From assembly GCA_004764695.1 (NCBI GenBank), contig SMSO01000025.1, forward strand, positions 4,752,862 to 4,816,861: a stretch of 64,000 bases of DNA, in the 5' to 3' direction. Within the stretch, counting starts at the first letter, position 1, and each line of letters opens with the position of its first letter. The stretch is from Schizochytrium sp. TIO01 (lineage: Eukaryota; Protista; Bigyra: Labyrinthulomycetes). The notes under the pieces were generated by a model. It worked only from the letters and a program-made list of their open reading frames with translations. It was not told where the DNA came from and searched no databases. Below are positions 22,308-32,605 of this stretch, piece after piece. Made by a program: the position numbers and the translations under genes.

Positions 22308-24417
22308 ATGCCGAGTGGCGATGTGTTGGCGATGCTTGGCTTCCGCGCGGCCGATCGTCTTCGTGGGCGCGTTGCTACACTTGATGATACGTCAAAGCTG
22401 GAGGCGCTGCTGCTGAATCTCTCCCTGCACGGTGAGGAGGTTTTTGGCAGTGCCCACCACGCCAGCCAGAGCCTCATGTTCTCCTTCGACATGGACAACG
22501 GCCAGGACGCAAGTGCTGCAGCCGCCGCTTGCGTGCTGGATCCTCGCGTTCAGAAGGCTAGGATGGCCAAAAGACTGCTCGGTACACGCGGGCGTAGACT
22601 TCAAACGGCGTCCAATGCGAGAACCAGCGCTGATGCTAAGAACCGCGGCGAGGACGCCTCGAAGCCAAGGGGCAACGATCTCTCCATTGGAAGTGGTGAT
22701 GAAGAACATAACCGAGACTATAATAATGGAGTGGCCGGCGATGATGTGGATGTAGAGATGGAGGAAGAAGAAGATCAAACTTTCTTCTACAATTACTTCT
22801 CGCACGTGCTAGCCCTTCTGAGTGAGGTTTTTACGGAGGACGAGAAGGTGCTTTCAGAGCTTGTGATTTCGCTAAGGGCGCTTCTGCGTGTGGAAAAGTG
22901 CGCCCACCAGGTGGCGCAAGCCATGTGGCTGTGGCATGGACAGCTAGATGGCGAGGAAAATAGCAAGGAGGCAGCAGAGGCCCGTACACGTGCTAAGAAA
23001 AGGGCGCAGCAGGCCAGGGCTCTCCTGGACCCTGTACATGCGAGGTTTGCGGCGCATGGACTATCCAGTGCGGATGTCGACACTCTTGCCGGAGTCCTGG
23101 CTGTGGAGGAGCTTGGAGGACCTCGCGCTGCTTGGCGACCTGGGCGCATCGAGGAGCTGCCGTACGTGGATCTCCGCACATTCTCTTTACAAGAAAAGGT
23201 TGTACTCAAGGCGCTGGCTGCATGTACAGAGCCCTTTGACAATCAGTTCTTCATAACGCAACTCCAAGAAGTGCGGCAACAGCAGCAGCAGCAGCAGCAG
23301 CAACAACAACAACAACAACAGCAACAAGTTCCGGCTGCATTGGCTCGCGAGCAGGCATGGATGGAGCTCTACGCATCAGATGCAGCACGGTTTCGACAAG
23401 ATTTTGCCTTTGCATTCTCAAAGCTGCTCGAATACAAGTTTAAGATGGAGTCGCGTAGCTTGGAGGAATCTCGCGAGGATGAGACACCACTGAAATTTAC
23501 GCTGCCGTACGAGCTTCGTATTTTTGAGTTCACTGCAGCCAAGTCGTTACCGAGTACAAAGGACTGGCGTCGCGCAGCCCTCACCAAGAAGGACAAGGTC
23601 ATCGATATGCTTGCTAGTCTTACAAGACCTGCAGGTAGACTCGATCTTTCTGTTTTTCGCCATCCTCACCCCGAGACTCTGGCTTCGTTCACCTTTGATT
23701 TGGCTGACGAGGCTGATCGAAATGCAGCCGTGTGCGCAGAATCCTTTGATAACACTCTCACAAAGTTCAAACCTTTGCTTGTGCCCAAGATTTCTGAGGC
23801 TGCTTTTTATCATAACTACTTCTCTCACGTCTTTCAAATCCGCCGGAGTCTTGGAGAACCAAGTAAACCTCGCACAATTCGAGTTCTTGTTGGCAGCCGT
23901 AATCCCGTCAAAATCAATGCTGTCAAAGCTGGGTTTTCGGATGCTTTTCGATGGCCAAGATAAACGTTTCGAGTTTGCTGGTGTTGATGCTCCTTCTGGC
24001 GTCAGCGACCAGCCCATGGGTAACGCAGAAACGCGCCAGGGTGCTATAAATCGCGCTCAGCATTGTCGAACAAAAAACCCTGCAGGATTTGCTGCTGGTA
24101 TTGAAGGGGGCCTTTTTGATGACACAGAAATTAATGTCGTGGAATGTTTTGCCTGGATCGCTGTTATCTCACCAACAGGTGAGATGAATTGTACGCGCAC
24201 TGCAACTTTCAACATCCCCCCGGCCTTGGCTTCTCTTGTGCGAAAGGGTATCGAGCTTGGTCGCGCAGACGACATTGTCCACGGCACAACCAATGCAAAG
24301 CAAAAGGGCGGCACTGTGGGTACTCTCACCAATGGCCAGATTGATCGCACAAGATATTATTCACATGCAGTCATTCTTGCTTGTGCGCCATTTTCCAATC
24401 CAACCTTACATATTTGA
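22308..24417 (+). CDS. Fusion protein: BSD-like / class I peroxidase-like / BSD-like / YjjX-type inosine-xanthosine triphosphatase; reading frame broken (+1) at ~23946-23951
   Basis: Peroxidase-like LDPVHARF..LSSADVDTLAGVLAVEELGGPRAAWRPGR, FDNQFF, LYASDAARFRQDFAFAFSKLLE. BSD-like FFYNYFSHV and LVPKISEAAFYHNYFSHV. The YjjX domain begins IRVLVGSRNPVKINAV in the first frame and continues SGVSDQPMG.ETRQGAINRA..GIEGG..ELG..GTLTNGQIDR in the +1 frame. Confidence 0.78.
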
Positions 24418-25169
24418 TTTACCTTGGTTTTACAAGCTTTATCTACTTACGCTTCTGCTTTCGCCGACTACCACATGGGACCATCTTGAGTCCGAGTTTC
24501 AATGGAACCTACCTTGATCCTTCAAGTGGGAGAATGAATCTAGTCCTCTCAAGTTTTCGTCATTGTAGACAATCATAGACCTTTCGCTTTTACGTAGCAA
24601 ACTAGTTTTATTACATATCTTTCAGTGTACCATATCCGTATGACCCGCAGACTAATTCTTACGGGGCATGATAAATTTACACTTTGTTGAGGCCTCGACT
24701 TCCTCCTTGAGTTCTGAATGTCTTCACTTCATGCTTGTCATTTTCAAACATTTGCTTTTCTGTGTATGGGTGTTGTTGCATTTTATTTATAAAATAAATA
24801 GTGATTTGCCGAGTCCTAAAACTTTGACTTGCATAGAAATTCAAGTTTAAGTATATTACCAACCTAGATATCTCTTTCAATTTGCAAGTGCCTACTTATG
24901 GTGCTGGTGTTTATTATTTTTTAACGACACCAGTTCAGGCTCGTCACTCCTCCAGTACAATCTATTCGAAACACTTCTCCTCAAGAAAGGACTCTAATAA
25001 AGTGGGGCTCTTTGGCACGAGTAGTGCTAGTAATACTGGTCAAGGTATATATAAATACTCTTGAAGGGAACACAGAGAACATTTTTTTCATCTTCTCCTT
25101 TTCCGATCTGTGGATAAGAATAACCAATCCCGAAACAGCCGTCGAGCACGCAATTTAGTTGTGACGGCA

Positions 25170-27140
25170 ATGTCTGCATGGGAGCAACAAGGCAGTGTAG
25201 AAAGGACGTGGGACTACAGTAGCCTTCTCGAAGGTCTATACCGGCTGGCGCTTAAGAGCTTTGGCTCTGTTCAGAGTCTGCCGCTTTCTTTTATTCTGCT
25301 CTTTCTTCGTGCAAGTAAAAAAAAAGAGAGCACTAGCGAGGCATGCAATGATGTTGCAAATGATGACAACGTTAGGGAAAACAACTTGAACCCTGACGCG
25401 CAAAAAAAAGAAGATGAGGATATATTGAGCAGATTTCTCAGACCTGCCGCTAGGAAATTCGCAATGTTATACGATTGTTCTACACCAAGGGAACGTGAAT
25501 TTCTGCGTCAAGAACTCTCGGTTTGGAATGCTGAGCATCTGGTCCTTCATAACATAAAGCGCAGAAGGGTTGAAGAAGCCACTGGTAACCACCATGGCCC
25601 TCCTTTGAACCCCAGTGGTCGCGAAAGGCGGCGAAGAAGGCAACGTCAAGACTCCAAAGGCGAATTTTCTCCGCTCGAAACTCAAGTTCCCTTTTCGAAG
25701 AGCTGCATGTGGAATATTAATGAAAATTATTACGAGGCATCAGGGCTTGAAGCTTGGACCTCCAATGATGTACCGTATGGAATAACGTCTAGCAGTTTCC
25801 TCGCAGACCACTATGCGTCTGTGCTTGTGCAATTTGCTGGTGAACAACAAAGTCAGTTAAGCTCCAACCCGGGACTGCCAATGTATGTACTTGATTTAGG
25901 CTCTGGACACGGAACCTTCGCTGTGCGTCTGGCAAAGGCTTTACGACGCCGCAATGCTTCCAACATCTGCGTTATTATGACAGACTTTCACGCCTCCGCT
26001 CTGCTAGAAGTAGCAAAACGCAGAGAACTCCAAGATGTCATTGGTAGCTACCTTAATTTTGCTGTAGTTGATCTTTGCAAAGAGAACCCACAGTATGACT
26101 CATTGCAGTTACTCCATGGGAATCAAGAGCCTGTAAATTTATGGCAAGGCCCGCTCGCTCTTGTCTGTAACTATGTGTTGGACTCTCTACCTCCCGAGAT
26201 ATACCGTACGGATTGCCGTGGCAATCCCGAAATCGGTCTTTGCACTACCTGGCCTAGACGGTTGTCCCGTCAAGGCCAAGGCGGAAACGTGGTCCCTAAC
26301 ATCTCAAGTGTGGAAATCGACTTCAAACAAACAGAAATTCAGGATACTAGAGTTCAGTCTGTTCTTGATCAAGTTCCTCATGGATCAACAGTTTTGATCA
26401 ACGCTACAGCAGGTCGGGCTTTAAGTAGCTTGATCGGAACTTGTGCAGAGCGCCAAACATTAATTATCGTAGCCGACAAAATGACAGAGTCTGTTGAAGA
26501 TGTCATGGCCTGGCATGCTGGGGTCCCAGGCCTTGATCAGCATGGTGATGCTGGTTGCATATCTTGTGCCGTAGATCCTTTTACTCTCGAATGTTTTCTT
26601 GCGAATGACCAAAGAGTGCGTAGTTGTGCAGCCCGCCACATCTCTGATCCGACTCAAAGCCTTGGAATCAGTATTTATACAATCAATAGTCCAGCCCAAC
26701 TCATCTCTAAGCTGCATCATACTCTTTTTGGGGGCTTCTCTGTTACAGATTTCGACCGAGTGCAAGGGTGGATCATGGGAATGGAGAGAAATATTCGCAC
26801 ACAGTGTGTAGAGGAATTAGGTAAGAAAGGCATTCAGTCACTATTGCATCTCGCTAACTATGACTTTGAGTTATTCTGGGTCTTGAAATGGCCAGCAACA
26901 ATTCTAAATGGACCCAAATCAGATGGGATCTTGATGGTTGCACAAGATTGTTTTTCTCAACGAGTGCCCATGAGCCAAGTGCGCGCAACAAAGGAAATCA
27001 TAGAAATGGCTCAATGGTACTATGTGCAGGGTAAACCTGACCTCGCACAATGCCTTCTAAGATCTTTGCCTGTTGAAGATATTCAAGCGTTACGCATATC
27101 AAAACCTACACGCCGCTTATTCAAGGAGTTAAAGCTCTAA
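25170..27140 (+). CDS. Class I SAM-dependent methyltransferase-like protein (MidA/NDUFAF7-like fold)
   Basis: VPYGITSS..LADHYA, motif I VLDLGSGHGTF, VIMTDF, CNYVLDSLP. Long uninterrupted ORF; first ATG at 25170. Confidence 0.65.
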   Translation: MSAWEQQGSVERTWDYSSLLEGLYRLALKSFGSVQSLPLSFILLFLRASKKKESTSEACNDVANDDNVRENNLNPDAQKKEDEDILSRFLRPAARKFAMLYDCSTPREREFLRQELSVWNAEHLVLHNIKRRRVEEATGNHHGPPLNPSGRERRRRRQRQDSKGEFSPLETQVPFSKSCMWNINENYYEASGLEAWTSNDVPYGITSSSFLADHYASVLVQFAGEQQSQLSSNPGLPMYVLDLGSGHGTFAVRLAKALRRRNASNICVIMTDFHASALLEVAKRRELQDVIGSYLNFAVVDLCKENPQYDSLQLLHGNQEPVNLWQGPLALVCNYVLDSLPPEIYRTDCRGNPEIGLCTTWPRRLSRQGQGGNVVPNISSVEIDFKQTEIQDTRVQSVLDQVPHGSTVLINATAGRALSSLIGTCAERQTLIIVADKMTESVEDVMAWHAGVPGLDQHGDAGCISCAVDPFTLECFLANDQRVRSCAARHISDPTQSLGISIYTINSPAQLISKLHHTLFGGFSVTDFDRVQGWIMGMERNIRTQCVEELGKKGIQSLLHLANYDFELFWVLKWPATILNGPKSDGILMVAQDCFSQRVPMSQVRATKEIIEMAQWYYVQGKPDLAQCLLRSLPVEDIQALRISKPTRRLFKELKL

Positions 27141-27503
27141 TACAGAATGTAGCAATAGGCTGTCCTCTTTTTGTACAATTCTTCATAAATATCATTGCTG
27201 CTGTTTTGATTTCATCACTTTGGTGTCCGTCTCGAACCTGGTTCGCTAATCGCTACGTCTTCTATTTCCAGGTCTTAGGAAAACCACGTACAATGAAGGG
27301 GAAATGGGCGTAAGCTGGTGACGTATTTCATAGTGTGGAAAGTCTTCTTGTTACAAAAGAGTATCACAGTTAACTTTTTAAAAACAAAAAATTTATGAGA
27401 GTACTTGTGAAAATCTAGTGCTGCCTGATCTTGGAATTTGAGTCTAGATCTTCAGTTCGAATTTGCAATGTGTGAAATAGAAATAGGAACGTACATATTG
27501 TCT

Positions 27504-30307
27504 TTAGACAATCATTGCTTTCGCAAGAGGCAAGGAAGCTTGCACCTGCGTTGTGTGTGCCTTTCCTTTTCTAAGAAGGAGCGCGGAACCAACGGCAGTG
27601 ACAAATAATCCGAATAAACCATGTACATAAGTCATCCTATTGGACGATTGAAAGCACACTGCTGGGAATCTAAAGTACAACCCCTTTTCATTAACCTGAA
27701 GCGGAATTTTGCAAACTGCCTTTTTATTGCTATCACTGTTTTCAAACACAGATAAGAGGGATAGTCGCGGTTAGCCTACTACTATTCACCATTTCAGAAG
27801 AAACAACACATTAACGTCTAACAACTTACACGAGCGTTACTACGTGCCGGCCTTCCTCCAAGCCAGAAAATGGAGTCTTTAAATGAGTGTGCTCAGTTGG
27901 TGTTGCTGTAGATAAAGCTTCGGCAATTTCCACAATATTAGACAAGCTATTAGGGGCCTTGAGTTGACTGTATATTGTATTGGATAATAGTTATCTCAAA
28001 TGTGAGTTTATGCACCGTTTTAATAGAATGCGCCTCCGAAGAAGTAACTTACATAGTCTGATCAAAGTTGTTAGCATGAATTAAGGTTGGAACTTGGGTA
28101 TCCGAAGTGTTCTTGTAAATGATACTGTTTAGCAAAAACGTTTATGTTAGCAAAACATCATCAAACAATTCTCTCATACATCCATTTATTCATTGACGCA
28201 TACGTGGCCCAACTGAGTATAACCGCAGAGCATTCAGTGCACTTACAGTACCTGGAGTTGTTGAAGAAATGTGTCTGGAAATGTCAAGTTGATTGCATCT
28301 CCTAAATCAGGACATGCGAGTTCCGATGTTTTCCTTGGAAGCGCACTCAGCTGACAAGGCACACCATCACAGAAGCACAATCCTGGAGCAGCAGGTGAAG
28401 CGAGAGCCGCAACCGTCTTAGATGAGGGATTCATAATCTCCTCGAGGGAACAGGTCCTTGAAATGCCCTCTTTCGGGACATCAGAGTAATCCGACCCAAA
28501 CTCATAAAATGTTGGTCGAGATCCACACAAAAGCTTACTTTTAATAGATCTGTGCAAATATGTCATTGAAAAGTAGTTAATCAGTATTTAGTTGTTCTCA
28601 AAACGATCGAGGTTTTTTAAGACTTACAGTTTGCGCGGGTTTGGCAATGTTGCCATGGACGATGGGAGTGTTTGAACTCCTGTACGACTTAAGTCAAGGT
28701 AATTGAGACTGCCAAGGTCTTTAGTACTGACAGGAAGGGTAGAGAGGCCACGCAGTCCATCAAGAAAACTATCATACAACAAAGGATAAGTGAAAACAAA
28801 AATTGTGAGACTTTCAGTGTGAATGAGTGGTTGATTCACAGTTTCTAAACTTACAGATTTTCTAAGCTCCCTAGCTTTCCAATACTCTCCGGGAGGGACG
28901 TGAGTCCTTCATTTCGTGAAAGGTGTCTGCTCAAAAGTTTATCAATGTTAGTATGCCCTTGGAGATAACTTTGATTCAGGGAGAATTAGTTGGCATGGCG
29001 AACTTACAGCCATTTTAGTTCACTCAGTGCGCCAATACTTGTAGGCAAGCTGGTGAGTTTGTTCTTAGCAAGGTTTCTGATTGTCCAACACATACCATGC
29101 CGTCAGTACTCTCAGTTACATTTTATAATTGACGTCCCTAGATAAAGTATACATGACATGCTGTCGTCTCGATTAAGTTCTGCAACTTACAGGAATTGCA
29201 AAGACTGAGATTTCCCAATGCTCTCAGGAAGCGAAGAAATGTTGTTATCCTCGATATGCCTAAGCAAGAACACAGCACTCACAAGCCTACTCGTTAGTAT
29301 AATACATTTTTTCATATAGGCATTATAAAACTGTTTCTCCTTTTTACGTACAATTCTTGAAGATATTTGAGGTCTCCAAAGCTATCCGGAAGCTTGGTAA
29401 TCTGATTTCCCCTCAAATATAGCAGCCTTAAGCTATCCAAAGCCCCGAATTCGGGCAGGAGATCAGACAGGGAGTTTTCTTCAACATTCCTGCATAGAAT
29501 TCCAAAGGTGATCACAATAAAAGTTTGTCAGTTTATTTGGGATATGCATTGAATATATTCAACAAAGCAACCACTTACAATGAAGTTAACTTGAGAAGTC
29601 GCGCAAGATTTTTCGGAAGTGATGCGATCTGGTTATTTTGGAGTGTGCTGTTTGTGTTTATGAAGTGCCAATCGTTAGAATACTAATATGGGTGAAACAT
29701 CAAATACATTTTTTATTTTTTTTTTGCGACATGAACTTACAGCTCTGAGAGGCTCTTCAAATTGCCTATACTTTCTGGAATAGATGTTATCTGATTGTTT
29801 ACTATCCGGAGAGTCTTAAGGTTCTGAAGAGCGACAGAAAACTCTGGAACAACAGTAATATTTCCTTGGAAAAGTGAACTAAAAACACGAAGTGGAGAAG
29901 GTGATCATCAGATATTCTGTTTCTTTCCATGCCGTGTAATAAAACACTGTTCCGTATTCCTAGATCAGAAATACACCATAGAGACCTACACTATCTCAAT
30001 TATTGAATCTCTTAACTTACAGGCTGGTGAGGGTATCAAGGCCTTGAACAACTGGAAACCTAGAAAGCCCAGTACAGGACAAAATCTGCAGATTTTCAGG
30101 GAGCTCATCAACAGAACATTTCTCCAGAACATTATTCCCCAACCCACAATTGCACGCAGGCTGCGAGTTGATGTCGTTTCCGCCATAGAAATTGTCGTCG
30201 ATGGGCTCATAGTATTCTACATAGGTGCCTGGGTTTCCCTGTGCACCTGAATGCAGAGTTAAAACCACTGTTGCTACTAATGCGACCCATGCTTGCGCGC
30301 AAGTCAT
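27504..30307 (-). CDS. Multi-exon leucine-rich-repeat receptor-like protein (signal peptide, Cys cap, ~10 LRRs, second Cys cap, probable TM helix)
   Basis: Manually built exons (5' to 3'): 30307-30021, 29878-29741, 29647-29579, 29489-29352, 29259-29191, 29076-29008, 28926-28855, 28768-28628, 28549-28247, 28124-28053, 27946-27830, 27735-27504. Donors are GTAAG or GTACG, acceptors YAG. The spliced frame stays open and encodes LxLxxNxIxxLPxSIGxLxxL units. The last three exons are less certain. Confidence 0.85.
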
Positions 30308-31655
30308 CGTGACAAATTTTGTTACCTTTCCCCAATTAGGTAACCTGTTCTCTAACCTATATGAAGAATCTGCTTGCCGAGTATTCGCAGTTTTGGGTTT
30401 ACTGGTTACTTGAACTGGTACAGGGGCAATATATAGTCACTTATGTTGAGTCACTACTATGTCACTTAGGAAACCCTAAAAATCATTTTTAAAACTTTAA
30501 AAAAAGAAGAAAAAAAAGAGTGACCGTTCATTCTATTTATTTTTTATTTTTATTTTTTATTTTTTATTGAAAAAACAAGAAAAGGAAAACATAAAAAACC
30601 AGAGGTATAAATGTTCTATTTGCCTTCTCTCTTTAAAGAAGAAATAGATTATTACCAAGCTTTGTTGACCACTCTGGATAAAATCAACCCCCCTTGGCTG
30701 TTTAAGAAACCATCGATACTGTGGGGCCACGACAACACATTAAGGGCAGTTACTGAGTTGTAGGTTTTAGTCTTATTTGAGGCGAGGTGGGGTACGCGCT
30801 AGAAAGACATCGTGTTAGCGTTGAACTAATATAAATTGTTATGGCACCTGTCACAGGCATTCAATTAAGCTTTTTGTGCGAAGCTCAGTTCTTCTATGGC
30901 ATCATAGGACAGCACCCCCCCGTATTCTGATGTAACTAGCTACCCTGATTGCGAAAGAAAATTTGGCTGTGATTTCCATAGCATCATTACGCCTTTCAAT
31001 CCGAACAGAAGTGGAGAACAAGGATCGAAATACTGTGTGAAACTCAAAAAAATAATTCTATCCATGGATTCAACAAATTTACTCTATCTAAATGATGTTC
31101 CTACCAAGCGACCACAGTTGTTGAATATGCTTGCCCATGCTAAGAATTGAGATAGCTGCTCTATGGCAGTGAAGAAAGAGGCAAAACAAAGAACTGCAAA
31201 GTCCATCGAATGGACAACATCTTCTTACCTCATTACTTTCCAACTCAGAATGGATGCTATTTTCATGACGAAACCCTTCAAAAGAGGTCTAGTGATTTGT
31301 TTTGGGGTTTGTATAAATTTTATAGGAAACTAAAGAGCGACTACGAAACAATTACATCTAAACTCTCTCGTGATTAGTTTACTAGAGATTCTGTTCATTG
31401 ATGGCTATGTGACAGCGCCAAACAGTCACCGACAATGGGAAAATCTAGGGATTTGTTAGGATGACACTTTATGCACGAGTTGGCCTTAACCCCTAACTTT
31501 ATTAGTCATAGTGTTTACTCTATCTAAGAAAACTAATAGTTCCCCTTAATTTTGGCCATGGGAGAGAATATAGGAGAGAACAGGCGAAAGTATGAACGAG
31601 AATTCTATTTCTCCTCACAAAAACTTTGTGTTGGCAAGAGTGAGACAAGCATGCG

Positions 31656-31817
31656 ACTCTCAAGCTAATGGTAAAGTGGCAGCGACATATGGAAGGAAGT
31701 TCATCTAACAGAGAAATTCGGAGTTTTGAGTTAGCAACTCTCAAGCTAATGGCAAAGTGGCAGCGACATATGGAAGGAAGTTCATCTAGCAGAGAAATTC
31801 GGACTCCTGAGTTAGCA
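31656..31817. repeat. 81-bp tandem duplication (2 imperfect copies)
   Basis: actctcaagctaatgg...ggaaggaagttcatcta...gagttagca starts at 31656 and again at 31737. Confidence 0.95.
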
Positions 31818-32605
31818 AAGAAAAGAAGAAGAGGGCTGTTTGTCGATCAGTCTTTTTATTCGTGATACTCCTACAATACCACGGCTCACAGGCTTGGGTT
31901 GAGACTGAATTAAGACATACATGAGCGAATACAAAACTGCATCGTACATCAAGTACTTCAAACGAATTCCAATCTTACAGTTGGAAACATTGTTCATAAG
32001 AAATAACATAGATACCAGCAGGAAGGTGCAAATCAAGCTGGGCTTGCAAGAATCCTATTAAAGCTTCTAGCATGCGCTTCTCCGAATCCAACTGTTCTAA
32101 TCAAATTATATCTGATGGTGGGGGAAATAACGAACCGACTGCAAGCTTCAAGCACCATGCTATAACGATAAATTTTCTTGTCCAGTAAATGTATGAATTA
32201 TAACAGAAGCTCACAGGCAGAAATAAAGCACAGTGCATGCAGAGTGGTTTCAATTTTCTGTCTCTCTTCCCCTTTTCTTCTCTTTTTTTCTTAAAAAAAA
32301 AATTAAAAATGCAACCATCCATTTAAAACACGACTGAAGGTCGCTATGTTCAAAGCAAACAATTAAATAGAATCTTTCTCAAAACGCGCAAGATTGGTCG
32401 ATTGGAATATGGGATTGGGATTCAATGGTACTACCCCTGAGGCTCGAATCGCATACGGCCCTGACCTAAGCTCTCGGAAAAGGTTGCAAGTACACTTTTT
32501 CATATATTTGTCTTAATTAAAATGGTCGCAATATGCATGCACTGATGCACATTTGTGCACCCGTTCAAGGCATAAAGAAAATGCTACCTGTCCATGGGAA
32601 ATTAA

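Noticed and set aside
23524-23945. 5' part of the 297-aa ORF as an independent gene start
   Set aside because: It overlaps the coding frame of the upstream ORF, which carries the true YjjX N-terminal motif; only the part after ~23950 is meaningful.
31656-31817. Possible CRISPR-like repeat
   Set aside because: Only two contiguous 81-bp copies, no spacers, no cas genes, eukaryotic context.
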